From Gemmatimonadota bacterium (GTDB lineage: Bacteria; Gemmatimonadota; Gemmatimonadetes; Palauibacterales; Palauibacteraceae), in the NCBI GenBank assembly GCA_965116475.1, contig OZ220691.1, positions 2,304,001-2,368,000 on the forward strand: a stretch of 64,000 nt of DNA. The letters run 5' to 3'. Made by a program: the position numbers and the translations under genes. This document shows positions 32,935-42,719 of the stretch, one piece after another. Positions within the stretch are counted from its first letter, which is position 1. Each line of letters starts with the position of its first letter. The notes beneath the pieces were generated by a model, which was not told the DNA's origin, did not search any database, and saw only the letters and a program-made list of their open reading frames with translations.

Positions 32935-33696
32935 TTAGCCGGAAGAGAACTCGAGCGTGAGCGAAGGCGTCTCGCCGGCGGTGACGGAGACGCGTTCGGA
33001 CACCGTTCCCAGCGTCGGGTGCCAGGCTTCGATCTCGTAGTCGCCCGGCGGGAGCGTGGGGAGCGAGAAGGTTCCGTCCTCGCCCGTGATGTCGAAGAAC
33101 TCGTGGTCGAGGACATGGATCGAGGCGGTCATCCAGCCGTGGATGTCGCAGCGCACCTGGATCCCGACCTCCGAGGTTCCAAACGAGCGCGTGCTCTGGA
33201 TCCCGCGAAGGGGCTGGCCGAGGTTGAATCCGGGGTTCGAGGCGGGCACGACCCGGACGTTGTGAAGGGTCGCATCGCTGTTGCGGATGACGAGCGGCTG
33301 GCCCACGCGCACGGCCACCGCGCGCGGCGTGTAGAGGCATCCCTCCTGGTCGAGCAAGGCCTCGGCCTCGGGCGCCGCGCTCGACGCGGGCGCGTTGACG
33401 ACACGCACGAGCACGTCCGCCAGGCCCCCGTCCGCACCGACGCGCACCTGACGGTCCAGCAGGGTCTCGTCGTGCTGGTCCCGGCAGTAGGCGTCGGCGG
33501 ACATGTCGATCTCCGTTCCGGCCGGCGCGTCCCCGGCGAAGCGCACCTGTCCCCCGGCCACGACGATGCGGCCCGTGACCGCTCCCGGTTCGGCCGCGTC
33601 CGCCGCCGTGCGCCCCTCGAACGTCCAGCCCGCCCCGACCGCCACGATCGCGAGCGCGCACGCCGGAATCGGGCCCGGTCCCCGTCTACCAGCCAT
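32935..33696 (-). CDS. Secreted cupredoxin-like / carboxypeptidase-regulatory-like domain protein
   Basis: Signal peptide; LDQ.GC.Y.P, NSD..LHNV, CDIHGWM (type-1 Cu-like His...Cys-x2-His-x2-Met) and G.Y.IEAWH. Confidence 0.75.
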   Translation of the reverse strand: MAGRRGPGPIPACALAIVAVGAGWTFEGRTAADAAEPGAVTGRIVVAGGQVRFAGDAPAGTEIDMSADAYCRDQHDETLLDRQVRVGADGGLADVLVRVVNAPASSAAPEAEALLDQEGCLYTPRAVAVRVGQPLVIRNSDATLHNVRVVPASNPGFNLGQPLRGIQSTRSFGTSEVGIQVRCDIHGWMTASIHVLDHEFFDITGEDGTFSLPTLPPGDYEIEAWHPTLGTVSERVSVTAGETPSLTLEFSSG

Positions 33697-34894
33697 CGAA
33701 CAACCCTCCATCGAACCAGTCCCACAGGAAGTAGACGAGGAACTGCGTGCTCCTCACATCGGCATCGGTCAACGGCACCCGCACTCCGACGTTGAGCATC
33801 ACGTGTTGCCGCGTGTTCAGCGTCACCTGCATCTGCGGCACCAGGTCCCACTGCGGCCGCGCACCTTCGGCCAGATGCGTGCTCGCCAGCACTTCGACCA
33901 TGGGGGACCACGAACGGCCGAACTCCCCGCTCGTGAACGTGCGCCCGACCACGGCATGAAAGAACGCTTCCCGTACGTCTTCGTCGTGCTCGGCCGTACC
34001 GGCGAAGTCTCGATGTCCGCGCGCCAGGAGTCCCCCGCCGGTCTGCAGATGGACGAATGCGTCGCCCGGAAGGATCTGTCCCAGCGCGAGAAACGGTTCG
34101 ATCTGGAACTCTCCGCTTCCGAGGCCGCGTTCCGAGTCGCCGGTAGGGAGCTTGAGTTCGGTGCCGAAGCTGAAGATCGTCTGCAGGTCGTGGAGCAGGG
34201 CGCGCTTGTAGCCGATCTCGATGTCGCCGAGTCCGATCCCCCAGTCCGACGCCGGCCCCGCGTCGCTCGCGGCCGGTGTCGCCGAACTCTCGGCGAAGCC
34301 GAACGGGAGCGCGATTTCGAACTGGTTCCGGGAGCCGAAGCGCTTCTCGTACAGGAGTTCGTTGACGACCGCCCCGGGTCCCTCCGCGGCCACGCTCGTC
34401 GTCCACACCCACTCGTCTTCCGGATACGCCTTCTCGGTGAAGAGCGGCCGAGGGAGGTTGAGTTCACCACGCGGCCAGGTGCGGTCCGTGCAGAAGGTCC
34501 GGATGTGGTCCATGACGGCCTGCAACTGGTCGTCGTCGAACGCCTCGCCGAACGCCGGCATCACGTCGCTGAAGCCGCGGACCGGTCCCCCGGCCTTGGA
34601 GACGATGATCCAGTCGGCGTCCGGCTCGCGGGAAGCGAAGCTGCAATCGGTCAGGTCGGGCAGCGGGTCGTCGAACGCGATCCGGTCGGCCGCCGCGCCC
34701 CGCCCGTCCGCCCCGTGGCAACTCGCGCACCCCGCCTCGTACAGCGCCATGCCGTCCGGCGCCCCCTGCGCGGCCTGCGTGCCGCCGAGCGCCCGGGGGG
34801 TTGAGAGCGAAGCCGGCACCGAAGCCAGCGCGATCAAACCTGCGGTGGCGAGGCGGGCTCCGAGGTGGGACAGCCTGTTGTCGGGTGCGGTCAA
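33686..34894 (-). CDS. Monoheme c-type cytochrome fused to a probable beta-barrel domain
   Basis: Signal peptide; LYEAGCASCHGADGRG and distal MPAF; C-terminal part (about 260 aa) with alternating hydrophobic strands (GLGDIEIGYK, LKLPTGD..GLG.G). Confidence 0.75.
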   Translation of the reverse strand: MTAPDNRLSHLGARLATAGLIALASVPASLSTPRALGGTQAAQGAPDGMALYEAGCASCHGADGRGAAADRIAFDDPLPDLTDCSFASREPDADWIIVSKAGGPVRGFSDVMPAFGEAFDDDQLQAVMDHIRTFCTDRTWPRGELNLPRPLFTEKAYPEDEWVWTTSVAAEGPGAVVNELLYEKRFGSRNQFEIALPFGFAESSATPAASDAGPASDWGIGLGDIEIGYKRALLHDLQTIFSFGTELKLPTGDSERGLGSGEFQIEPFLALGQILPGDAFVHLQTGGGLLARGHRDFAGTAEHDEDVREAFFHAVVGRTFTSGEFGRSWSPMVEVLASTHLAEGARPQWDLVPQMQVTLNTRQHVMLNVGVRVPLTDADVRSTQFLVYFLWDWFDGGLFDGW

Positions 34895-35030
34895 GTCCGT
34901 GCTTCCTCGCGGTCAGGGGGCCCAGGGGGCCCCAGAGGGTCCAGGGGGTCCCATCGGGCGGACGATGTCGTAATCTGCGAACGTGTCCGACGCGTCGGGA
35001 TCGTGTCCGCCGCGCCGGACGCGCAGTGTC

Positions 35031-35049
35031 AATATCAATAATCGTTATC
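35031..35049. promoter_or_regulatory. Fur-box-like site in a divergent promoter
   Basis: AATATCAATAATCGTTATC matches 14/19 of the GATAATGATAATCATTATC consensus and is strikingly AT-rich for this DNA. Confidence 0.55.
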
Positions 35050-35099
35050 GGGGTCAAGGTCGTCGCGGGGTCACGGACGGCCGTGCCCGAGGAGGTCGC

Positions 35100-36455
35100 A
35101 TGAAGTCCGCCATGTTGTCCCGGGGGTTCGCCCTCGCCGCGTGCATCGCGGCTCCCTTCGCCGCCGCCCCCTTCGCCGCCGCCGAGCAGGCGCCCCAGGC
35201 CGGCGCCACCGCCTTCGTCGACGTGAACGTGATTCCGATGGATTCCGAGCGGGTCCTCGCCGGACACACCGTCGTCGTGCGCGGCGACCGGATCGTCGCC
35301 GTCGGGCCGGTTGCCGACGTGGACGTGCCGGATGGCGCCCGCCGCATCGACGGCGCCGGGCGGTACCTGATGCCGGGGCTGTCGGAGATGCACGGGCACA
35401 CGCCGGGCGGTTTCCCGACCGACACGTTCCGCGAGCAGGTGATGTTCCTCTACGCCGCGAACGGCGTGACCACCGTGCGCGGGATGCTCGGATTGCCCGG
35501 CGACCTCGAGTTGAAGGCGAAGACGAACACGGGAGAGATCTGGGGACCGACGCTCTACCTCGCGGGTCCGAGCTTCAACGGCAACTCCGTGACGTCGCCC
35601 TCGCAGGCGGCGGATCGCGTGTGGGTGCAGAAGGAGGAAGGGTGGGATCACCTGAAGATCCATCCCGGACTCACCGTGCCGGAATACGACGCGCTCGCCG
35701 CGGCCGCCGCGCAGGCCGGCATCCGCTTCGGAGGCCACGTCCCGGCCGATGTCGGGATCCGGCATGCCATCCTCATGGGACAGGAAACCTTCGACCACCT
35801 CGACGGCTACATGGAGGAGGCGGGAGGCATCCGCGGCCCCATGGACGCGGCCGGAATGGAGGAACTGTTCGCGCTGACGATCGGCGCCCGGGCATGGGTC
35901 GTGCCCACGATGGTCCTGTGGGAAGTGGGCGTCATCGGCCTCGGCGACCCTGAGGCGCTCGCGGCCTATCCGGAGATGCGCTACTGGCCCCCGCAGGGCG
36001 TCCAGGGCTGGAAGGACCGGCTCGAGGCGATCCAGGCGCGCGACGCGTGGGACGTGGAGCAGGCGCGGCTGCACGCGGGCAACCGGACGCGTCTCCTCGG
36101 CATGATGAACGAGGCCGGCGTCGGCATCCTCATGGGCACCGATTCGCCACAGATGTTCAGCGTCCCCGGCTTCTCGCTCCACCGCGAACTCGCGGCGATG
36201 GCCGAAGCGGGGATGTCGCCCTACGATATCCTCGTCAGCGGCACTCGGAACGTGGGGGAGTACTTCCAGGCCTACGACACCTTCGGGACGGTGGCCGCGG
36301 GCCGGCGCGCCGATCTCATCCTCACCAACTCCAACCCGCTCGACGACGTGGCGAACGTCGCGGACCGCGCCGGCGTCATGGTGCGCGGCGTATGGAAGTC
36401 CGAGGAGGAGATCCAGCAGGGCCTGACCGAAATCGCCACCAGCTTTGGCAACTGA
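35100..36455 (+). CDS. Secreted amidohydrolase family protein
   Basis: RBS GGAGG; signal peptide; MPGLSEMHGH, GVTTVR, LK, GHVP, DHL, GTDSP and ADLIL. Confidence 0.88.
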   Translation: MKSAMLSRGFALAACIAAPFAAAPFAAAEQAPQAGATAFVDVNVIPMDSERVLAGHTVVVRGDRIVAVGPVADVDVPDGARRIDGAGRYLMPGLSEMHGHTPGGFPTDTFREQVMFLYAANGVTTVRGMLGLPGDLELKAKTNTGEIWGPTLYLAGPSFNGNSVTSPSQAADRVWVQKEEGWDHLKIHPGLTVPEYDALAAAAAQAGIRFGGHVPADVGIRHAILMGQETFDHLDGYMEEAGGIRGPMDAAGMEELFALTIGARAWVVPTMVLWEVGVIGLGDPEALAAYPEMRYWPPQGVQGWKDRLEAIQARDAWDVEQARLHAGNRTRLLGMMNEAGVGILMGTDSPQMFSVPGFSLHRELAAMAEAGMSPYDILVSGTRNVGEYFQAYDTFGTVAAGRRADLILTNSNPLDDVANVADRAGVMVRGVWKSEEEIQQGLTEIATSFGN

Positions 36456-36470
36456 CGGGCCTGACGGATC

Positions 36471-36908
36471 TCAGGCGTCGGCCTGGACGAGACAGTCCGG
36501 ACAGTGGCCGAGGAGGTGCACCATCGCGTTGCGGATGGACTCGGCCCACGGCCCATTGATCGACAACGCCGCGGTGAGCTCCTCCTTCAGACAGGCCACC
36601 CGGCCGCAGTCCTCGCACAGGAAGTGCGGGTGGCGATGGCGCTCTTCGTGTTCTCCCGCGAGCGCGTATCGATCGATGCCGTCGGCCCGGCTCACGACGG
36701 GGGCGAGGCCGGCCTCCCGCAGCTTGACCAGGTTGCGGTAGATCGTCGCCTGGTCCCAGTCCGAGTCGCCCAGCAGGTCGAGCACCTGCGTGAAGGACAC
36801 CGGACCGTCCGCGTCGGCCAGGATGCCGAACACCGCAAGGCGCGGCGCGGTCACACGCAGACCGCGCTCGCGCAGCCTCCGACGGGCCTCGTTCTTCGTG
36901 ATTCGCAT
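36471..36908 (-). CDS. Fur-family metalloregulator (Zur-like by context)
   Basis: GLRVTAPR, ATIYRNL, HRHPHFLCEDCG and GHCPDC. Confidence 0.92.
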   Translation of the reverse strand: MRITKNEARRRLRERGLRVTAPRLAVFGILADADGPVSFTQVLDLLGDSDWDQATIYRNLVKLREAGLAPVVSRADGIDRYALAGEHEERHRHPHFLCEDCGRVACLKEELTAALSINGPWAESIRNAMVHLLGHCPDCLVQADA

Positions 36909-36951
36909 GGGCCTTCCCCCGCGGCGGAACTGACGTTCGAAGACGCTAGGG

Positions 36952-37011
36952 ACAAGCACTTGCACATGCAAGTCACTTGTGTATCTTCCTGCCATTCGCA
37001 AGCCGCTTGCA
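36952..37011. promoter_or_regulatory. Repeated palindromic operator candidates (GCAAG-N3-CTTGC)
   Basis: TGCAAGTCACTTGTG at 36967-36981, CGCAAGCCGCTTGCA at 36997-37011 and the overlapping ACTTGCA-CA-TGCAAGT at 36958-36973, all between the divergent fur-like and COG0523 genes. Confidence 0.6.
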
Positions 37012-37051
37012 GAAGCCCCCCGCAGTGAGAAGTGCCCGAAAAGGAAGTTCG

Positions 37052-38296
37052 ATGAGCAGCGATCCAACCACCGTTACCCGTGACGAGCGTCTCCCCGTCA
37101 CGGTGTTGTCCGGCTTCCTCGGAGCCGGGAAGACCACCCTCCTCAACGAGGTTCTGAACAATCGGGCGGGACGCCGGGTCGCGGTCATCGTGAACGACAT
37201 GAGCGAAGTCAACATCGATGCGGCCCTCGTGGAGCGCGGGGGCGCCCAGCTCTCGCGGACCGAAGAGACGCTCGTCGAGATGACGAACGGCTGCATCTGC
37301 TGCACGCTGCGGGAGGACCTGCTCGCCGAAGTCTCCCGGTTGGCCCGGGAGGGGCGTTTCCACTACCTGCTGATCGAGTCCACGGGGATTTCGGAGCCCA
37401 TCCCGGTCGCCCAGACCTTCACCTTCGAGGACGAGCACGGTTTGAGCCTCGGTGACGTCTCGCGCCTCGACACGATGGTCACCGTCGTGGACGCTGCGAG
37501 CTTCCTGAAGGACTACCACGCCGCCGAAGCCCTGCAGGACCGCGGTGAGTCTTTGGGCGAAGAGGACGAGCGGACGGTCACCGACCTGCTGATCGACCAG
37601 GTCGAGTTCGCCGACGTCATCGTGCTCAACAAGCTCGATCTCGTCACCGGCGACCATGCGCGTGACGTCGAGGCTATCCTGCGCGCGCTCAACCCCGGCG
37701 CGGAGATCCACCGGGCGATACATGGGCAGGTGCCCATCGAGCGCGTGCTCGACACGGGCTTGTTCGACTACGACAAGGCGGAAAGCTCGGCTGGTTGGAT
37801 CCGCGAGCTCGAGGGAGACCATACGCCCGAGACGGAGGAGTACGGGATCTCGACCTTCACCTACCGGACTTCGGCCCCGTTCGACGCGGAGAAGCTGTGG
37901 GCGTTCCTGAACGACGACGAGAACTGGCGCGGGGTGCTCCGGTCGAAGGGCTTCTTCTGGGTCGCCGCCGATCACAAGGTCGTATACGAGTGGGCGCAGG
38001 CCGGGGGTGTGAGTTCCGTCGACCCCATGGGCATGTGGTGGGCCGCGACGCCGAGGGAGTACTGGGACCACGCGGACGGCGAGCGACCGGACCAGCAGTC
38101 GAGTTGGCACCCGCGGTACGGGGATCGTCACCAGGCACTCGTCTTCATCGGTCAGGAGATGGATGAGGCCGCAGTCCGCGCGCGACTCGACGCATGCCTG
38201 CTCGATGAAGCGCTTGCCACCGCCGACAGCGGTGCCTGGGAGGGACGTCCCAACCCCTTCCCCGAGCTTCAGATGGTTGAGGAGGTGGCCGGATGA
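37052..38296 (+). CDS. COG0523/CobW-family Zn metallochaperone GTPase (ZigA/YciC-like)
   Basis: [35 protein letters not shown] and LRSKGFFW. Confidence 0.95.
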   Translation: MSSDPTTVTRDERLPVTVLSGFLGAGKTTLLNEVLNNRAGRRVAVIVNDMSEVNIDAALVERGGAQLSRTEETLVEMTNGCICCTLREDLLAEVSRLAREGRFHYLLIESTGISEPIPVAQTFTFEDEHGLSLGDVSRLDTMVTVVDAASFLKDYHAAEALQDRGESLGEEDERTVTDLLIDQVEFADVIVLNKLDLVTGDHARDVEAILRALNPGAEIHRAIHGQVPIERVLDTGLFDYDKAESSAGWIRELEGDHTPETEEYGISTFTYRTSAPFDAEKLWAFLNDDENWRGVLRSKGFFWVAADHKVVYEWAQAGGVSSVDPMGMWWAATPREYWDHADGERPDQQSSWHPRYGDRHQALVFIGQEMDEAAVRARLDACLLDEALATADSGAWEGRPNPFPELQMVEEVAG

Positions 38297-39420
38297 ATGC
38301 TCCGGCTTCGGACGACCTGCTCGATGTGGTCATCGTCGGCGCGGGGGCTGCCGGCGTGGGCGTCTCGGTCGCGCTCGCGCACGCGGGGATCGAGAACTTC
38401 GTCGCGCTCGAACGCCACTCGGTGGGCGCCTCGTTCGCCCAGTGGCCGGCCGAGACTCGCTTCATCACGCCTTCGTTCCCGACGAACTCGGCCGGCATGC
38501 TCGACCTGAATTCCGTCGTGATCGGGACCTCGGCCGGCTGGTCGCTGGAGGTCGAGCACCCCACCGGGAGGCAGTATGCGGCCTTCCTCAAGGCGGTCGC
38601 CGACCACTTCGAGGTGCCGGTCCAGGAGGGCGTCGACGTGCTTCGGATCGACCGGCGCGGCGAAGAGTTCGTGGTCGAAACGACAGCGGGGCCTGTGCGC
38701 GCCCGGCACGTGATCTGGGCTGCGGGCGACTTCCAGTACCCGCGCTTGAACAGCTTCGAGGGCAGCGAGCTGTGCCTGCACACGGCGATGCTCCCCAGCT
38801 ATGCCGCGCTGGATGGGGACGACTTCATCGTCGTCGGCGGCTACGAGAGCGGCGTCGACGTCGCCAGCCACCTGGCCGAGCGGGGCAAGCGGGTGCGCCT
38901 CTTCGACGAGGGGAGTCCCTGGGCGTCCGAGAGCTCCGATCCCAGCGTCGCGCTCTCCATATTCTCGCTCGAGCGGACACGACGCCCTTCGTACGCGGAG
39001 CACGTCGAGCTCTTTCCCGACACGGCAATCACCGCCGTGGCGACCGCCGATGCCGGATTCGAGGTCACCACGGCGGACGGGCAGCGCTTTCGCACGCCCG
39101 TGCCGCCCCTCCTCGCGGGTGGGTTTGCGGGAAGCCATGGGCTCGTGATGGACCTCTTCGAGTCACGGGAAGACGGCTTCCCGCTCCTCAACGAGCACGA
39201 CGAATCGACGATCGTCCCCGGGATCTACCTGTGCGGCGCGGCCGTGCGGCACGAAAGCCACATCTTCTGCTTCATCTACAAGTACCGGCAGCGGTTCGCC
39301 GTCGTCGCCAAGGCGATCGCGACCTCGCTGGGCCTGCCCGCCGAGGGGCTCGAACTGTACAGGATGTGGGGCATGTACCTCGACGATCTCTCCTGCTGCG
39401 GACAGGAGTGCGTATGCTGA
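38293..39420 (+). CDS. NAD(P)/FAD-dependent oxidoreductase with Cys-rich C-terminus
   Basis: [22 protein letters not shown] and [11 protein letters not shown]; ends [16 protein letters not shown] overlap with the COG0523 gene. Confidence 0.88.
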   Translation: MNAPASDDLLDVVIVGAGAAGVGVSVALAHAGIENFVALERHSVGASFAQWPAETRFITPSFPTNSAGMLDLNSVVIGTSAGWSLEVEHPTGRQYAAFLKAVADHFEVPVQEGVDVLRIDRRGEEFVVETTAGPVRARHVIWAAGDFQYPRLNSFEGSELCLHTAMLPSYAALDGDDFIVVGGYESGVDVASHLAERGKRVRLFDEGSPWASESSDPSVALSIFSLERTRRPSYAEHVELFPDTAITAVATADAGFEVTTADGQRFRTPVPPLLAGGFAGSHGLVMDLFESREDGFPLLNEHDESTIVPGIYLCGAAVRHESHIFCFIYKYRQRFAVVAKAIATSLGLPAEGLELYRMWGMYLDDLSCCGQECVC

Positions 39421-39689
39421 CCGACCGTGCCGAAGCCCCGGCGCCCGTGACTCCGAAGCTGATGCCGAAGCTGACTCAGAAGCCGACTCAGAAGCGCACG
39501 CGACTGCCGCGGGTGCTGCGTCGAGCGATGCGTATCGAGTGGGCCGGCCAAACGGCCGCCAGCCTGTGCTGGATCGCCAGCGTGTTCGCGTACGGGATCA
39601 GCTCACGCGGAGATTGGCTGCAGCTCTGCGCCGCCTCCGCCTGGCTACTCGCCAACACCGCCACGATCACGATGGCCAGGGGCGACTGA
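39414..39689 (+). CDS. Small membrane protein (about 2 TM)
   Basis: RBS AGGAG; ATG overlaps the upstream stop; two hydrophobic segments. Confidence 0.6.
   Translation: MLTDRAEAPAPVTPKLMPKLTQKPTQKRTRLPRVLRRAMRIEWAGQTAASLCWIASVFAYGISSRGDWLQLCAASAWLLANTATITMARGD
39447..39494 (+). repeat. Four imperfect 12-bp tandem repeats (VTPK-LMPK-LTQK-PTQK)
   Basis: GTGACTCCGAAG CTGATGCCGAAG CTGACTCAGAAG CCGACTCAGAAG. Confidence 0.8.
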
Positions 39690-39752
39690 AACGCTCGCAA
39701 CGGTCTGGTTTCGTTCGTCCGGAACCCCTACTTCTCCTGGCGGAGGTGCGCG

Positions 39753-40184
39753 ATGGACGGAAACAGACAGACGCCGGGGCGGGTGGAACGGCACGAGGGG
39801 ATCATCACGGTGCGGGGCGGCGGCAGGCACCGCGCCTGGAACGGGATCGAATACAAGACGGGGATGTGGGCGGAGAACGTCGGCTCGGGCGGGCTCTCCA
39901 TGAACGTGGCGATGATCCCGCCCGGCGGCGTCGCGAAGGCGCACATCCATGTGGACTTCGAGGTGATGCTCTACATCCTCGAGGGACGCGTCCGGCACGA
40001 GTTCGGGCCGCGGCTCGAGAAGACGCTCGATAACGAGGCGGGCGACTTCATCTTCATCGAACCCGGCGTCCCCCACGAGGTGTTCAACCTCAGCGACACC
40101 GAGCCGGTCGTCGCCGTCGTCGCCCGCTCCGACGCGCAGGAGTGGGAAAACATCGTCGACTTCGAACGCCCGGCCCCGGAGTAG
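39753..40184 (+). CDS. Cupin domain protein
   Basis: RBS GGAGG; IPPGG.AKAHIH..FE..LYILEG and GDFIFIEPGVPHE. Confidence 0.9.
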   Translation: MDGNRQTPGRVERHEGIITVRGGGRHRAWNGIEYKTGMWAENVGSGGLSMNVAMIPPGGVAKAHIHVDFEVMLYILEGRVRHEFGPRLEKTLDNEAGDFIFIEPGVPHEVFNLSDTEPVVAVVARSDAQEWENIVDFERPAPE

Positions 40185-40244
40185 GCCCAGCGGCGGAAGA
40201 ACCGGGTCTCCAGGCGTCGGCACGCGTCTCAACTGCGAGACCGG

Positions 40245-42137
40245 TCAGAAGCCGAGCGACGCCGTCTCCCGTCTCACGTCCCCCGCCGCCGTCAGCACCC
40301 CCGTTTGCGGGTCGCGCCAGGTCACCGTGGGTGCTCCCGCACGCCAGTTCCACAGGCCCCACGAGCGCACGTCGTGGCCCATGGCGCTGAGCGCCTCGGC
40401 CGTCTCCGCCGGGATCCGGTCCTCCATGTAGAGGACGGCGGGATTGCGGTTCACCTCGCTCCCGGTGGCCGGGAAGTTGTAGCTGCCGAACCGGGGCTGG
40501 TCCAGGGCCTGCTCGGGGGACATCCCCCACACGACCACGTTCAGAAAGATCTGAAGGAGGCACTGCATCTGCTGGTCCCCGCCGGGGGTGGAGAGCCCCA
40601 TGAACGGCTGGCCATCTTTCATGACCAGGAGTGGCGAATTGGTGTTGCGGGGGCGCTTGCCGGGCGCCATCACGTTGGCCAGGTCAGGGTCCAGGTTGAA
40701 CTGACCCATGCGGTTGCCCAGCCCGAATCCCCAGCCCGGGATCATGGGCGTGAAGGTGTGGCCGTCGCTCTCGGTGAGGGAAAACAGGTTGCCCTCCCCG
40801 TCCATCACGTTCAGGGAGGACGTGTCGTCGGACAGAGATCCATCGCCGGCGGGCCCACCTCCCGACGCCACGAAGCTCATGGGCGCGCCGTCCGCCACCG
40901 CCGCCATCCGCTCCGGATCTCCCCACGGAGGCATGTCCTGAGACGCGCGCGTCTCGTCGATGAGCCCGATGCGCTCGCGCGCGTACGCCTTCCCGTACAA
41001 TCCCTTCGGCGCGGGGGCGAAGTCCGGATCACCCACGTACCTGTGGGCGTCCGCCATCGCCAGATTGATCACCTGCGAGATGAGGTGGATGTACTCGGGC
41101 GTGTTGTAGCCGAGAGCGCGCAGATCGTAGTTCTCCAGCATGTTGAGCATCAGGATGAGACGCGGTCCCTGGCTCCACCCGTCGCCGGTGAAGACGTCGT
41201 AGCCGTGGAAGCCGGTTCCCAGAGGCTCCTCCCAGCGACTCTCGTATCCCGCCATGTCCTCGTAACGGACGATGCCGTCCTGATCGCGGAAGAAACGGTC
41301 CACGTCGCGCGCCGGCTCGCCCCGGTAGAAGGCGTCGCGAGCGGCGCGGATCCCTTCGGAACGGCTCCCTCCCGCCGTCAGTGCCTGCCTCTCGGCCTCC
41401 ATCATGTAGCGGATGAGGCGCCCCAAGTCGGCGTTCACCATGAGATCGCCCAGGCGCTGCTCACCGACCCCGCGGGGGAACCAGAAGTCGCGATTGTAGG
41501 GGAAGGCGAGGATCCCCTCCGTCTGATCCTCGATCATCCAGGCCTGCATCTTGTAGAGGTGATAGCCCTCCTCGGCGATGCGGAGCGTCGGCTGGGCGGC
41601 CTCGCTGAAGCTGAGGGTGCCGAAACGGTCGAGAGCGGCGAGCCACACATCCACGTCCGCCGGAATCAGCGCGTTGTTGATGGGCGACTTGCCGTGCTCG
41701 AGGAAGTAGTCGAGGGTGGCCAGCGCGGGTGAGGTGCCCGCGCCGACTCGGGTGATCACGCGGTCCTCGGCGGCGCTGTAGAGGATCAGCGGCGCCACTC
41801 CGGCCCATCCCGCGTAGTCCATCTTGAGCGCCTTGAGCGCCATCCCCGCGGTCACCCCGGCGTCGAAGGCGTTGCCGCCGGCCCTGAGCACGTCGTACCC
41901 GGCCTGCGTGGCCAGGTAGTGCCCGGAGGAGATCACCCCGCGCGTGCCCATGATGCGCGGCCGCATGGCCTCGACGTTGTCGGCGTTGTGGACGGGACCG
42001 TGACTCCGGAACGGGGCGATAGTGGCGAAGACGCCGTCCTCCGCGGAGGCGGATGCCTCCGGCGCGTCCATCCGCGAGTCGCACGACGCGACGAGCGCCA
42101 GAGCCGCCACGGCGACTGCGCATGACAGGGACTTCAT
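40245..42137 (-). CDS. Gamma-glutamyltransferase family protein, probable lipoprotein
   Basis: Signal ending VASC; GGNAFDAG, FYRG, nucleophile DTSSLNVMDGEGN, PGKRP, TPGGDQ and DVRR. Confidence 0.92.
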   Translation of the reverse strand: MKSLSCAVAVAALALVASCDSRMDAPEASASAEDGVFATIAPFRSHGPVHNADNVEAMRPRIMGTRGVISSGHYLATQAGYDVLRAGGNAFDAGVTAGMALKALKMDYAGWAGVAPLILYSAAEDRVITRVGAGTSPALATLDYFLEHGKSPINNALIPADVDVWLAALDRFGTLSFSEAAQPTLRIAEEGYHLYKMQAWMIEDQTEGILAFPYNRDFWFPRGVGEQRLGDLMVNADLGRLIRYMMEAERQALTAGGSRSEGIRAARDAFYRGEPARDVDRFFRDQDGIVRYEDMAGYESRWEEPLGTGFHGYDVFTGDGWSQGPRLILMLNMLENYDLRALGYNTPEYIHLISQVINLAMADAHRYVGDPDFAPAPKGLYGKAYARERIGLIDETRASQDMPPWGDPERMAAVADGAPMSFVASGGGPAGDGSLSDDTSSLNVMDGEGNLFSLTESDGHTFTPMIPGWGFGLGNRMGQFNLDPDLANVMAPGKRPRNTNSPLLVMKDGQPFMGLSTPGGDQQMQCLLQIFLNVVVWGMSPEQALDQPRFGSYNFPATGSEVNRNPAVLYMEDRIPAETAEALSAMGHDVRSWGLWNWRAGAPTVTWRDPQTGVLTAAGDVRRETASLGF

Positions 42138-42213
42138 CGCGCCATCCTCCCGTTTCCGGTTCGAGGCGGAGACCCGACCGACGATTCCCCTGAACGCAGA
42201 TTCTGACAAGGGA

Positions 42214-42597
42214 CTACGGCTCGCGCCCTACTCGATTCGCGACCGTGCGGAGATAGTCAGCTATCGCCTGCTCGCTAAGCGCGTTGCGCCGCTTGCACCC
42301 GCGGCTCCACCCGAACCCACGGACGGCGGAGTACGATCCTGCCGCGCCCCACGCGGCAGCGACAGCGACGGAGCCGGCGTCCTCAGAGTTGAGACCATCA
42401 GAATCATCGGCTACAAGTACCACCAAACCGAGGGGGAAGACTACACCGTAGACGACATCGGCGACCGGAGCGATGATGCTGCGCGTGCAATGGCCTCGCG
42501 GAATCGGGCCATCACCGGGGGGCGGTTTTTTCATGAAGAGGACTGAACGGCCGGCGGACAGCGCGGCGACCAGGAGAACGGATGCGAGTCTTCGCAC
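42214..42597 (-). CDS. Small hypothetical membrane protein
   Basis: Strong RBS GAGGAGG before GTG 42597; signal-like N-terminus and two hydrophobic segments; lower GC. Confidence 0.5.
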   Translation of the reverse strand: MRRLASVLLVAALSAGRSVLFMKKPPPGDGPIPRGHCTRSIIAPVADVVYGVVFPLGLVVLVADDSDGLNSEDAGSVAVAAAWGAAGSYSAVRGFGWSRGCKRRNALSEQAIADYLRTVANRVGREP

Positions 42598-42719
42598 GTT
42601 CGTTTCCTCCTCTTGAGGGCATTGCACCCTCGATGCACGGCCGGTGAGCCGGAGCGACATCCCCTGCCCCACGGAACGTAACAACGCCCACGGTGCAGCG
42701 CGACGTTCCCGCGGGAACG

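Noticed and set aside
39418..39450. Selenocysteine readthrough after the CCGQECVC tail
   Set aside because: I see no SECIS-like hairpin, and the TGA overlaps the start region of the next gene as in ordinary coupling.
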